From Mobula hypostoma (lineage: Eukaryota): DNA of 64,000 nucleotides. Each line of letters opens with the position of its first letter. The first letter of the stretch is position 1. This document shows, piece after piece, positions 12,695 to 24,144 of the stretch. The notes beneath the pieces were generated by a model. The model had not been told where the DNA came from, ran no database searches, and saw nothing but the letters and a program-made list of their open reading frames with translations. The translations under genes were made by a program, and so were the position numbers. The stretch spans positions 225,124,001 to 225,188,000 of the forward strand of contig NC_086097.1 of the NCBI RefSeq assembly GCF_963921235.1, in the 5' to 3' direction.

Positions 12695-13270
12695 AAGGAG
12701 AAGATGGCGGCGCGACAGCAGTGCACGCGGCCTCTCCGGTGAATGAATGATATCTGTAATCTGTCAAGTAGGGGACCGTGCACATTTCTGATTTGATGGA
12801 GACGGACGTGAGAGTACGGAGGAACATCTGGAAAACTTCTGAAATGCCTGCTTCGTTGCCGCTGCTACTGTGTGGTAACCGGAATCTCTGGAGCAGAAGG
12901 CCCCGAAATCCTCGGCTTTGCGTGTTTCAGCGGCCGGGGCGAGGTCGAAGGCGCTCGGGAGGCTGTATCGGAGGGGCTGGTCGGAGGCTCGAAGCTTTCA
13001 GACAGATGGACTCAGTGTCGGCTGTGGTCGGCTGCTTCCAAGGTATCGGCAAGTTGACAGTGCCCATGGTTTGTTCTTCATCAAATTATGATATTGCTTT
13101 GCACTGTTGTAACTATATGTTATAATTATGTGGTTCTGTCAGTGTTAGTCTTTGGTTTGTCCTGTTTTCTGTGATATCACTCCGGAGAAACACTGTAACA
13201 TTTCTTAATGCATGTATGCATTTCTGAATGACAATAAAAGAGGACTGACTGTTCTCATAATCTAATCTAA
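12695..13270 (+). mobile_element. Young CpG-rich non-autonomous non-LTR element with Rex1-like tail
   Basis: Starts AAGATGGCGGCG (YY1-type motif), has a CpG-rich body and a T-rich 3' part, then AATAAA and an (AATCT)n tail. Confidence 0.65.
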
Positions 13271-14079
13271 CCATAATCATGGTATAGGGCATTCTCATGA
13301 ATCTCACGTGTGAGTTGTCCAGCATCTCATCAGCATTGGTTTCTCATAGATCATGTTTCCAGGGCAAATTTCACAGGATTATCCATTTACTCCTGAGATG
13401 CCAACAAATTTCCAGGCATACAGTATGTCAGTGATAATAGAACATACTGATTTCTGATTCTGCCTTCATGGAAGGATGGGAAGATTGGCAAGAAGAACAT
13501 CTGAAGATTGTGTGCTGACCCCCTTTTACTCATTGATTACTGATTAAAAGAAGATCTTCCCTCCCACCAGGACAGTCTTGGTGCAGACAAGTATGTGAGC
13601 ATGCTTACATAGTTAAGCTCTTGTACATTTTCTATTGTGCTACCCAGTGGTGTAACGCAGGGGTCCCCAACCTTTATTGCATTGCGGGCCGGTTTAATAT
13701 TGACAATATTCTTGCGGACCGGCCGACCGGCGGGGGGGGGGGAGGGGGGGAGGGTTGCCAACGGACGAGAATAGCAGTCAAGTACGTTGTTTACCCAGAG
13801 TAAGACTACAATGACCATGAAGCCTTGCGCGGGCACCTGTGTGCGCATGCGTGTATGTGGCGATTTTCCCCTCCCACCCCTTACAAATTGACTTTAGCGA
13901 TTCTGTTCGGCGGTGGGGGGTGTTAATCACGACCGGAATACAGGTGATAAGTGGCTAATGTACTCAATTTCGTTTCTAAAAGGGTTTATCTAACGAATTT
14001 AATGTTAAACACAGCACATATTTTCCTCGCTTGAATATAGAGATAAGTCAACTATCAGGGAAGCTTGAAATAAGTGTGA

Positions 14080-14280
14080 CACGAACTTCCAATAGAAGTG
14101 GTAGAGGCAGGTTCGATATTACCATTTAAAGAAAAAATGGATAGGTATATGGACAGGAAATGAATGGAGGGTTATGGGCTGAGTGCAGGTCGGTGGGACT
14201 AGGTGAGAGTGGCATTTGGCACGGACTAGAAGGGCCAAGATTGCCTATTTCCGTGCTGTAATTGTTAAATGGTTATATAA
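14080..14280 (+). mobile_element. CR1 3' end inside the hAT element
   Basis: ELPIEVVEAGSILPFKEKMDRYMDRK followed by CR1 3' UTR and tail TTTCCGTGCTGTAATTGTTAAATGGTTATAT. Confidence 0.8.
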
Positions 14281-14382
14281 GTCAATAGCATAATATTTTA
14301 GGTAACATTTAGATATTAAACACACAGCATATATTTTCCCTGTATGAACATATAAAATCATTGCAACACACCAATATCGCTG

Positions 14383-14670
14383 AATCAGTGGGAGCCCTGG
14401 GGTTGTTTCCCTGCAACAAGACGGTCCTATCGAGGGGTGATGGGAGACAGCGATATTCGAAGGGGATTCCTTATGTCCAGTCTATTCCGCAATTTAGTTT
14501 TCTGCATTCATTGCAGAGATAGCAACGTTTTCAGTGCTTTCGTGGCTATCTCAGCCTTGACTTTCATCCAGAATGCCGGCAGAGATGTTATGTCAAACAT
14601 ACTTTTCTGCCCGCCATCATTTGCAAGCTCGAGGAGTTGATCTCCTTCCCGCGCTGACATGGATGACGTG
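14383..14670 (-). pseudogene. hAT transposase C-terminal (dimerisation) domain remnant
   Basis: DQLLELANDGGQKSMFDITSLPAFWMKVKAEIATKALKTLL, then KLRNRLDIRNPLRISLSPITPR*DRLVAGKQPQGSH*, with deletions and a stop. Confidence 0.85.
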
Positions 14671-16815
14671 TGCGTAATGACCGCGCATGCGTTCAAGCTC
14701 AACAGTGGGGGTGACAGGGAATGAGAAAAGGTGCAGCTGCCTCCTATCGCCAAAACATATCGTTTCCTCGCGGCCCTGTAGCGAATGCTTTGCGGCCCGG
14801 TGGTTGGGGACCGCTGGTGTAACGGCATCTCACCGGACTTTGAGTAGAATGGCCCTGAGTTCGAATCAGGCCAGCTCCGTGCATGCTGTCTATCCGTGCT
14901 GGATTGTGCATGGGACCAGCAACATGGCCTCATAAAAAAACAAAATGCTGAAGCAACAGAAAGGTTGCTGCTTGATTCATCACAAGATGTAAAAAGGAAT
15001 AATAAACATTTTATTTGTGAACTGCTCAGAGCCAAGATGAAACAGAAACTCTAATGCTCTCCAGAGTCCTGTGTTTCTGGTACTAAGTGCCCAACCCTTA
15101 CTGTCAATTCAGGCCTTCCTCAGTGACTGAAAAGGTAGACTTTGGTGAACTGCAGGCCGGGCCAAAAATTAATCAGGCATTGTGGTGAGAAGGCACCCAT
15201 TTAAATCAAATCTTTTCATTTGGATTTGTGGCTGTGTTTTCAAAGATAGCTGGATAAGTATCATTATCTATGGCATGGATAGCAAGTCAACAACACTAAG
15301 ACTTGTCAGGAGCACTTTGTTTAAAAATTCAGTTTAGTAATTCAGGCCAAATAGGTTTTTCCATAAGTATTTATTCAGAACTTTGGAGTCATTTTAGAAA
15401 TATCCACTAAATTTCCCTTGAAGGATTATAACATATTGCCTAATGCCAACAGTCCTGAAAGAATTTAATAATATTAAGAATTATTTTTCCTTTTCTTTTG
15501 TTATTTGTCATCCTGCAAAATTAAAGTTTCTAATTTGATATGCTACTAACCTATTAACTGAGGGAGGGGGAAAGGATTCAAAATATAAAAATCTTTGTTA
15601 TATCAAATAACCTCGTGGTCCAGTTCACTGTAGCAGCATGAATTTTCACATAATTTGTTGAATGCATTGCGTAAAATGGTTGTGAAATTTATTCAATTCA
15701 AATTAAGTAGATGTAGCAGTGTAATCTTTCTCTATTAAATGTGTCACTCTCTGCAATTGTTCCTTAATATCCTTCACAACTTCAATCTAAGATTGGTAGT
15801 TTCTTACGCTGCCACAGTATCAGTAACCTTCTGAAAAATTCACTGAAGCAGAACCTTGAGATATCAGGTTGTGCAAGGCCTTGATTATAGCAGGAAGTGG
15901 ACTGTATAAAGGATTTTTTTCAGTTAGTGGAAATGTTTAGCTAAAGAATATACTGGGGCTGAAAAATTGCCCAAATGATTTTTGAACTTGAGATAATTAC
16001 TCTGATACAGTTTAATTACTCAAGTGTGTAAATTGTTGATATCTATTTTAGCATTGTAGCAATTTGTTTTTATGGCACGGTATAGGCTTAAAGTATTTTT
16101 AGAGGCCATTAGATATTTTCTTGTAATAAAAGAACAGGAGATCAGGTTTTACTGGTTACATAGCTGATTGAAAATAAATCACGTTCCAATTCACAATCAC
16201 TTTAGCAGAATTATCAGCATTCTTTGAAATTAATGAGTAAGCACATTCTTGCAGCATTCACATATATATAAAGCAAAGTGGAATGGTAGAGATTGTAGCT
16301 ATAATTCCTCATGTTCCTGGTTCCTATTTTCAATGACTGTCAAAGGTGGGTAATAGGCAAATGCAGATTACTGTCTCACAAGGGAAGGGCAAGCTCATTT
16401 GGAGGGTGATTCAATTCACTTCCATAGACAGCTTGGGAAAAAAAAGACCTGGAAATAATGAATACTCAATGCCTAGAATTTCCAGCAGCAAGCCCTGGAA
16501 TTTAAAATTGTTCCAGCATTCTTGTAGTGTTCCATTGAAGCAGTATTTATGTCGGATTGCTTACTGGTAATCCCGGATTTGGAGCATGGATTTAATGTTT
16601 GGGTCTGAAAGCAGAGCTAGCTTTAACTTAGTCTGTTCACTCAAACAAGACTGCTTAAATATTTGCTGTGGAAATAGTGTACAGAGGCACTTCCTGAAGT
16701 CAAGGAGAAGAACATTTCTCCTCATTGACAGCATTGTTAAAATTCTAGGTTATACCCTTGGAGGGAGACGCGCCATGTTGCAAATGCAAGTGCAATGATG
16801 CTTCTAATGCACTTA

Positions 16816-17320
16816 CACTCACTGGCCCCTTTTTGAGGTGCACTTGTACATCTGCTTGTTAATACAAATATCTAATCAGCCAATCGTGGCAGCAACTCGA
16901 CATATAAAAGACTAAAACACTAGAATAGGGAAAAAATGTGATCGAAGCGACTTGACCATGAAATGATTGATGGTGCCAGGCAGGGTGGTTTGAGTATCAC
17001 AGAAACTGCACATCTCCTGGAATTTTCACACGTAACTGTCACCAAAATTTACAGAGAATGGTGCAAAGGAAAAAAATCGAGTAACTGGCAGTTCTGTGGA
17101 TGAAATCTCCTTGTTTATGTGAGAGGTCAAAGGAGAATGACCAGCCTGGTTCAAGCAGACATGAAGGTGACAGTAATGCAAGTAGCCATGCGTTACAACA
17201 GTGATGTGCAGAAGTGCATCTCTGAATGCATAATGCATCAGGCATTAATGTGGATGGACTACAGCAGCAGAAGACCACGCTGGCTTCCACTCCTTTACCT
17301 AATCAAGTAGCCACAGAGTG
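16816..17320 (+). mobile_element. Internally deleted Tc1-like element with both TIRs
   Basis: TA-CACTCACTGGCCCCTTTTTGAGGTGCA at the left end and TACCTAATCAAGTAGCCACAGAGTG-TA at the right. Remnant RGQRRMTSLVQADMKVTVMQ. No DDE domain. Confidence 0.88.
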
Positions 17321-17354
17321 TAAATATTGTGGTGTCACAAGTAAAAGCATAATA

Positions 17355-17715
17355 ACATAACAAATAGAGGAAGAAGTAGGCGATTCAGTCCCTTGTGCAT
17401 GCTCTGCCATTTAATAAGATCATGGCTGATTTTCTAACTCTGTGCCCCTTTCCTCTATCCCTAGGTTCCCTTAATAAATAATAATATATATATATATATC
17501 AGTCTCCTTCTTCAATATACTCAGTGAATAAGCCTCCACAAATCTCTTGAGAGAGAATTCCAAAGTTTCACTAACCTCTGGGCGGAAAAATTTCTTCTCT
17601 TCTCAATCCTCAATGGCCGACCTCATATTTAGAAAACATGACCTCAGCCACGAGCAGCACCACTTTCATGTTTACCTTATCAAGTCCCATAAGAATTTTG
17701 TACATTTCAAATGAT
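17355..17715 (-). mobile_element. CR1 3' fragment
   Basis: Reverse of CR1 3' UTR (AAGATCATGGCTGAT) and of the RRNFF..RLVKLWNSL region. Confidence 0.8.
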
Positions 17716-18129
17716 TAAGGATAAAAGAGGCCATCATTATCTGTTTCAAGACTGATGCAAAGATGTTATTGATTGCCATGATTTTCAGACATTTCCAATA
17801 ACAGAAGCAATAGAAAATCCTGACAACAGGGATGAATGTAGCACGCAATAAAGTAATATATTTATGGGTTAATAATAAAATAAAAGAAAAAATAATGAAA
17901 GAAGAGATAAATTTGAGACCTGTTATTTATTGAATAGTCTCCAAAGAATATTAAGGTCGCATGTGGCAAATTGTTTGTAGTGTCACGGAACTTATGAAAT
18001 TGACTGCCAAGAATATAGTTCTGGTTTTACTGGGATTGAGACAGTATGGTGTGAGATCCCAGAAGGAGTAGGGAGGTGGGACTGGGGGTAGAAGGTTGTC
18101 CGAATGGCAGTAAGGAAAGAGTGCGAATG

Positions 18130-19290
18130 AAGGAAGCCTTTTCTGGTTGGCTACTGGTGACTGGTGATGAAGAACCCACTAATTTTCTCATTATATGCTA
18201 ATGATCTGGATGGTGGCATTGATGGCTTTGGGGTCAAGTTTGCAGATGATAGGTGGAGCGACGTATAGTTTTGAGGAAGCAGAGTATCTGCAGAAGGACT
18301 TATGAGAATGAACAAGGAAATGGCAGATTGAATACAGTGTAAGAGAATATATGGTCGTGCACTTTGCTAGAAGGGAGTAAAGGCATGGACTGCTTTCTAA
18401 ATGGGGAGAGAATTCAGAATCAGAGGTGCAGAGAGACTTGGGAGGCCTAGTACAGGATTCCCTAAAGGTTAACTTGCATGTTGGTTCAGTAATAAGGAAG
18501 GCAAATGCAAAGTTTGCATTCCTTTTGGGAAGACTAAAATATAAAAGCAAGGACATAATGCTGAGGCTTTATAAGGCAGAACACATTTGAAGTATTGTGA
18601 GCAGTTTTTGGGCTCCTTATCGAAAGAAGATTGTGCTCTCATCAGGGAGGATCCAAAGGAGGTTCACAAGAATGAAGCCCTTTACTCTTGTCTTGAAATA
18701 CTAGTTATGTCTCTCTGTGCAAAGGTATTGTAGATCTTCAGAGGCATGAATAGAGTATTAAACTAGAGTTGCTTGAGGGACATACAATAGTTTTATATCA
18801 ACACCCCGCAGCATGCTTCAGACATGCATAAATTCACAAAAATGATCTTGGGAATGAAAGAGTTAATGTATGAAGAACATATGATGGCCTGTACTTACTG
18901 GAGTTTAGATGTATGAGGGAGATCTCATTCAAATCTACCAAATATTGAAAGGCCTGGATAAAGTGGACGTGGAGAGGATGCTTCCAATAGTGGGAGCGTC
19001 CAGGACTAGAGGGCACAGCCTCAGAATAGAAGGATGTCACTTTATAAGAGTGCTGGGGAATAATTTCTTAAGTCAGAAGGTGGTGAATCTATGGAATTCA
19101 TTGCCATAGATGGCTGTGAAAGGCAAGTCAGTATTTAAAGTGGAGGTTGATTGGTCCTTGATTCGTAAGGATGTTAAAAGGTTATGGGGAGTGGAATTGA
19201 GAGGGATAGTAAATCAGCCATGATTGAATGGCAGAGCAGACTCAATGGGCCGGCTTGCCTAATTCAGCTCCTACATCTTATGATCTTATG
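18130..19290 (+). mobile_element. CR1 RT/3' fragment interrupted at 18676-18832
   Basis: KFADD, HLKYCEQF and NNFLSQKVVNLWNSLP remnants. Tail CTCCTACATCTTATGATCTTATG. Confidence 0.85.
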
Positions 19291-19419
19291 GGATGGCAAC
19301 AAAAGTCCATGTAACTGTAACTGGTACTCAAATACCCTCATACTAACTATTCCCCAGAGGTTATTGAAATTAGTTTTACCTCTGCCAAGCCTTACAGGCT
19401 CTGTATTATTGAAGAAATC

Positions 19420-21962
19420 GTGAGTTAGAGAGCTCTGAGAGAGGAGGCGGCCCACAGGTCTGGCAGCAAAGTTTAAAAGGGGAAAGCTTCGTGGGAACTC
19501 GGCTATAACCGGAGCAGCAATCGTGAGTTGGCGAGCAGGGAAGGTTCAGGCATAAAAGGGAGACACTGCCAAGCGGAGCAGTCATCGACAGAGTGGTAGG
19601 GCTTTGGCTCAATTGGTATTCGGTGAGGCAAGTGGACTTTTTTTTCCTTGGATTTTTTTTTGGAGGAATAGAGAGCATGTCTGTAGGGTTAGCACTTTGC
19701 TCTAGGTGCCAGATTTGGGATCCTGGGAATCTTCCAGTCTCCCAGATGGCCACATCTACGCCAGGTGTACCGAGATGCAGTTTCTGAGAGACCGTGTTAG
19801 GGATCTGGAGCTGCGGCTTGATGACCTACAGCTTATTAGGGAAAGTGAGCAGGGGATAGATATGAGTTATAAGGAGTTAGTCACCCCGAGGCTGCAGGAG
19901 TTAGGCAAGTGGTTGACTATCAGGGAAGGAACAGGAAGAGCTCAGATAGTAGATAGCATTCCTCTGGCCATCCCCCTCAGTAATCGCTATCTCGTTTTGG
20001 ATGCTGTTGACGGGGAGGGCTGACCTGACGGAGGATGAACATAGTGATTGGGTCTCTGGCACTGAGCCTGGTTCTGTGGTGCAGAAGGGAGAGAGGAAGA
20101 TGAGGAATGCGATAGTCATTGGCATTTGCATAGTGAGGGGAACAGACAGGAGGTTCTGTCGGCCTGATAGAGATACCCGCATGGTATGTTGCCTTCCAGG
20201 TGCCAGGGTACGGGATGTCTCAGATCGGGTGCAGAGTATTCTGAAGGGAGAGGACGAACAGCCAGAAGTCTGTTGGTACCAATGACATAGGTAGAAAAAG
20301 GGAGGAGGTCCTGAAGAGAGAATTCAGCGAGTTGGGTAGGAAGCTGAAAAGCAGGACCTCGAGGGTAGTAGTCTCAGGATTGCTGCCTGTGCCATCTGCT
20401 AACAAGCGCATGATCAGGCATATTAATACATGGCTGAGAGACTTGACTTTTGCTCGACGCCGGCCCCCTAGGCCTGAGTCGACGAAGTAGTAGTAGTGAG
20501 AGACTGGTGTCAGGGGCAGGGCTTCAGATTCCTGGATTACTGGGGCCTCTTCTGGTGAAGGTACGACCTGTACAAAAAGGACAGGTTACACCTGAACCCA
20601 ACGGGGTCCAAAATTCTAGCAAGCAGATTTAATAGAGCTGTTCTGGAGGGTTTAAACTAATTTGGCAGGAGGATGGGAACCAGAGTGACAGGACTGAGGA
20701 AGGGGAAAACAGAAATAAATCAAAGATAGTGTGCAACAGAAATGATTGAAAGGGCAGGCAGGAGATGAGGCATAATCACAGCCAGTGGGATGATTTACAG
20801 GGCCATAGAGGCGTGGTGCAGTTAAAACAGAAAGCAACAAATACTGGACTGAAAGTGTTATATTTGAATGCACGCAGCATAAGAAATAAAATGGGTGATC
20901 CAGAAATTCAGCTACAGATTGGCAAGTATGATGTTGTGTCCATCTCTGGAACTTGACTGAAGGATGGCTGCCATTGGGAGCTGAATGTCCAAGGATATAC
21001 GGTGTATCGGAAAGATAGGTTAGTAGGCAGTGGGGGTAGTATGTATAAGAGATAATATTAAACCATTAGAAAGGGATGACAAATGATCGGAAAGTGTAGA
21101 GTCTCTATGGTTGAGTTAAGAAATGGCGAGAGTAAAAGAATCCTAATGGCAGTTGTATACAGGGCTCCAAACAGCAGCTAGGATGTGGATTACAAATCAC
21201 TGCAGGAGATAGAAAGGCATGTCAGAAAGGCAATGCCATGATAATTGTTGGAGATTTTAACATGAAAGTGGATTGGGAAAATCAGGGCAGTACTGGACCT
21301 TGAGAGAGAATTTGTAGAATGTCAAAGGGATGGCTTTTAGAACAGCTTGTTGTTGAGCCCACTAGGGGATCAGCTGTGCTGGACTGGGTGTTGTGCAATG
21401 ATCCGGAGGTGATAAGAGAGCTTAAGGTTAAGGAACTCTTGGGGAACAGTGATCACAATATAATCATGTTCACTTTGAATTCTGAGAAGGGGAAACTAAA
21501 TTCCAATGTATCAGTATTTCAGTGGAATAAAGGAAATTACAATGACATGAGAGGGGAATTGGCCAAGGTTGACTGGAAAGAGACACTAGCAGGAATGGCT
21601 GGAGTTTCCGCGAAAAATGAGGGAAGTACAAGACAGACTTATTCCAAATAAGAAGAAATTTTCAAATGGAAAAAGACACTACCGTGGCTGACAAGTGAAG
21701 TCAGAGCCAAAATAAAAGCAAAAGAAAGGGCATACAAGGAAGCCAAAGCCAGTGTGAAGACAGAGGATCGGGAAGCTTATAAAAACTTGCAGAAGGAGAC
21801 TAAGAAGGACATTAGGAATGAAAAGATGAATTATGAGAGGAGGCTGGTGACTAATATCAAAGAAGATACTAAAAGCTTTTTTAAGTATATAAAGGGTAAA
21901 AGAGAGTTCAGGGTAGATATAGGACCAATAGAAAATGATGCTGGAGATATTGTAATGAGAGA
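19420..21962 (+). mobile_element. CR1 LINE 5' half: 5' UTR, disrupted ORF1 (Zn-finger and SGNH esterase) and ORF2 endonuclease region, RT absent
   Basis: CSRCQIWD, LRDRVRDLELRLDDL, IVIGICIVRGTDRRFC..MVCCLPGARVRDV, LYLNARSIRNK, VGDFN, PTRGSAVLDWVL..SDH. Confidence 0.9.
20444..20496 (+). mobile_element. 53-bp retro-insertion with (TAG)n tail, probably an RTE-type 3' end
   Basis: TSD TGAGAGACT at 20435-20443 and 20497-20505. Tail AGTAGTAGTAG. Confidence 0.75.
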
Positions 21963-22370
21963 CACAGTGGAAACCTGCATCAAGGAGCACTGGTGGTGTA
22001 TCCATTTGACCTACCCTGGGAAATCTGCAGTAGCAGAACATTGTATTCACAATGGCCATAGGATTGACTTTGATGGCATAAAACTACCATGCCACACCAA
22101 TGGCTTTTGAAACGGTCTGGTGAAAATACTAAGGAAAAAGAATTTTAAGAAAGACAAAGGTATGACTCTAAGTAGGTCCTGGAATTCGATTGTAAACAAG
22201 GTGAGAGTGCGGATTGGATGAGAACTAACCAACCAGAAGGGACGGATGACAGGGTCATCCCTGGTGAAGATAGCAGAGTTTATCATCAAAACATCAGTTA
22301 AAATCGACACCTGCTGGACACTCGAGAAGAGTTTATTTGTCATATATGCTGGGAAAGCACTAGATCCATG
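21963..22370 (+). mobile_element. Penelope-like element 3' fragment (GIY-YIG C-terminus plus pLTR)
   Basis: ETCIKEH..KSAVAEHCIHNGHRIDFD. Homologous to the reverse complement of 61304-61614. Confidence 0.8.
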
Positions 22371-22409
22371 TTTTAAGCTGAAGAACTAATAGAAGGGCAT
22401 TACCTTATA

Positions 22410-23770
22410 GATTTAAAGATAAATATTTGTTTTATTTGTCGCATGTACATTGAAACATCGAAACCTACAGTGAAATGCATTGTTTTATGTCAACAACCAA
22501 CACAGTCCAAGGATTATGCTGGGGGCAGCCCACAACTGTCGACACATTTCTGACTCCAACATTGTATGCCAATAACCTACTAACTCTAACTCTAACCATG
22601 CATCTTTGGAATGTGGGAGGCAACTGTGTCATTGTCATCATCAGGTGCCGTGCCCAGTTTGAGCTTTGACTGCCGTGGCCCACACACTCCTGTTTCGGGT
22701 CAAATGGATCAGTTCATTGGTATTCATTTCCAGTTCTCTGGCTGCTGTCTCCATCATCATTTGTTTTTGTCTTCCTCTTGCTTTCTTCCCTTCAATCTAT
22801 CCCATAATTACCGTGCATTCTAACTCCTCTTTCCTAATCACATGTCCAATGAAGTTACGTTGCCTTTTCATGATCTCATACATCATTTCTCTTTTTGTAT
22901 TTGCTCTGTTCATGACATTTTCGTTAGATATTCGTTTCATCCATGATATTCTTTGCATCCTCCTCAAGAATCACATCTCTGCTGCTTCAATTCGTTTCTT
23001 CATGTTATTAGATATTGTCCAACATTCTAAGCCATATAACATAACTGGATAAACGTAACATTTCAGTGCTCTGAAGCAGGTTGTCATGCCTAGTTTAGTG
23101 TTGGTCAGTACACTCTTCATTCTCATAACTGTGTCTTTTGCCATCCCTATTCTTCTTTTCATGTCCATCTTGCACCTGCCATCTGATGTCACCCAGTTTC
23201 CTAAGTAGCAAAAGTTCTATATTTGTTTTATGTCTTCCCCGTTTATTTTCAGCCTGCAAATAGGATTCTCCTTCTTTTTGGATAACACCATACATTCTGT
23301 CTTTTTTTAATTGATAGATAGACCCATTTTTGCACATTCTTCAACAACTATATCAATTAAGTTTTGTAGTTCTTCCTCTGTACTTGTAATTAACACAGTG
23401 TCATCCGCAAATCTAAAATTATTGATGTTTTCACCGCCAACTTTGATTCCCGAGATGTCTCTTATTTTTTGTAATATTGTTTCACTGTACACATTAAACA
23501 AATCAGAGGAGAAAATGCAACCTTGTCTAATGCCTCTTTTGATTTTCGTAAACTGACTCACTTCTCCCTCTATTCTTACAGCAGTTGTTTGTGCCCAGGA
23601 CAGATTTCTGATTAGGCGGAGGTCTTTCGAATCTAGATCTAGCTTCCTGTGTCACCAGGAGGAAATGTGGTCATGGGGAGAATGTGCAAATTCCTTATAC
23701 ACAGCAGCAGGGATTGAACCCTAATTGGTGACCACTAGCACTGTAAAGCATTGTGCTACTATACTGCCCT
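22410..23770 (-). mobile_element. V-type tRNA SINE with Rex1-like tail, split by an RTE LINE
   Basis: Head at 23650-23770 (GGGTTCAATCCC, TTCTCCCCATGACC). Core and tail at 22410-22631. Homologous to 54035-54340. Confidence 0.75.
22632..23646 (-). mobile_element. 5'-truncated RTE (BovB-like clade) LINE
   Basis: GIRQGCIFSSDLFNVYSE..NINNFRFADDTVLI and KRRIGMAK..VMLYGLECWTI..KRIEAAEM. (TGA)n tail. 8-bp TSD CTGTGTCA at 22624-22631 and 23647-23654. Confidence 0.92.
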
Positions 23771-24144
23771 GTTAAAACTACAAGCTTTATAATCTAAGTG
23801 ATCCTGAAAATAGTGTAAACAAATAAATATTGAAGCAATTTAGACCAATTGAACTCTAAACAGTAACTAAAATATCTGTGAATACTGAATATTTTGGCTT
23901 AAAGAGAAATTTCACTGTTTTTGAATCTATCAAAAGGGGTTGTGGAACAGAAGAGGGTGCTGGTACACAACAATGAAGCTTTGTATGCCAGATGTGAATC
24001 AGAGGCTACATAAATTAGAGGACAGAGGGTGGATATAGGGGAAAATGTGTTCAGGAAATTTGGACTATTATGTTTCACTATATGTGGTTTCTTAAAGTTG
24101 TTAAGGGTGATAATAAGGATAAGCTCCCAAAACCAATTAAATGT

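Larger units (their letters stand above)
13658..14816 (-). mobile_element. Non-autonomous hAT-Charlie (MER1/Charlie3-like) DNA transposon
   Basis: TIRs CAGGGGTCCCCAACC and CAGCGGTCCCCAACC (14/15). 8-bp TSD GTGTAACG at 13650-13657 and 14817-14824. Confidence 0.93.
13640..15005 (+). mobile_element. tRNA-headed SINE with RTE-like body, split by the hAT element (pieces about 13640-13657 and 14817-15005)
   Basis: Removing the hAT element restores A box TGGTGTAACGG, followed by B box GTTCGAATC. Homologous to 29755-29935. Confidence 0.75.

Noticed and set aside
13732..13754. G-run as a functional G-quadruplex (also 2663-2675)
   Set aside because: Simple homopolymer expansions, one inside a TE, with no other support.
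14817..14880. tRNA genes at A/B-box sites (also near 1860, 29760, 54060 and 61700)
   Set aside because: These are SINE heads that continue into SINE bodies, and no cloverleaf is evident.
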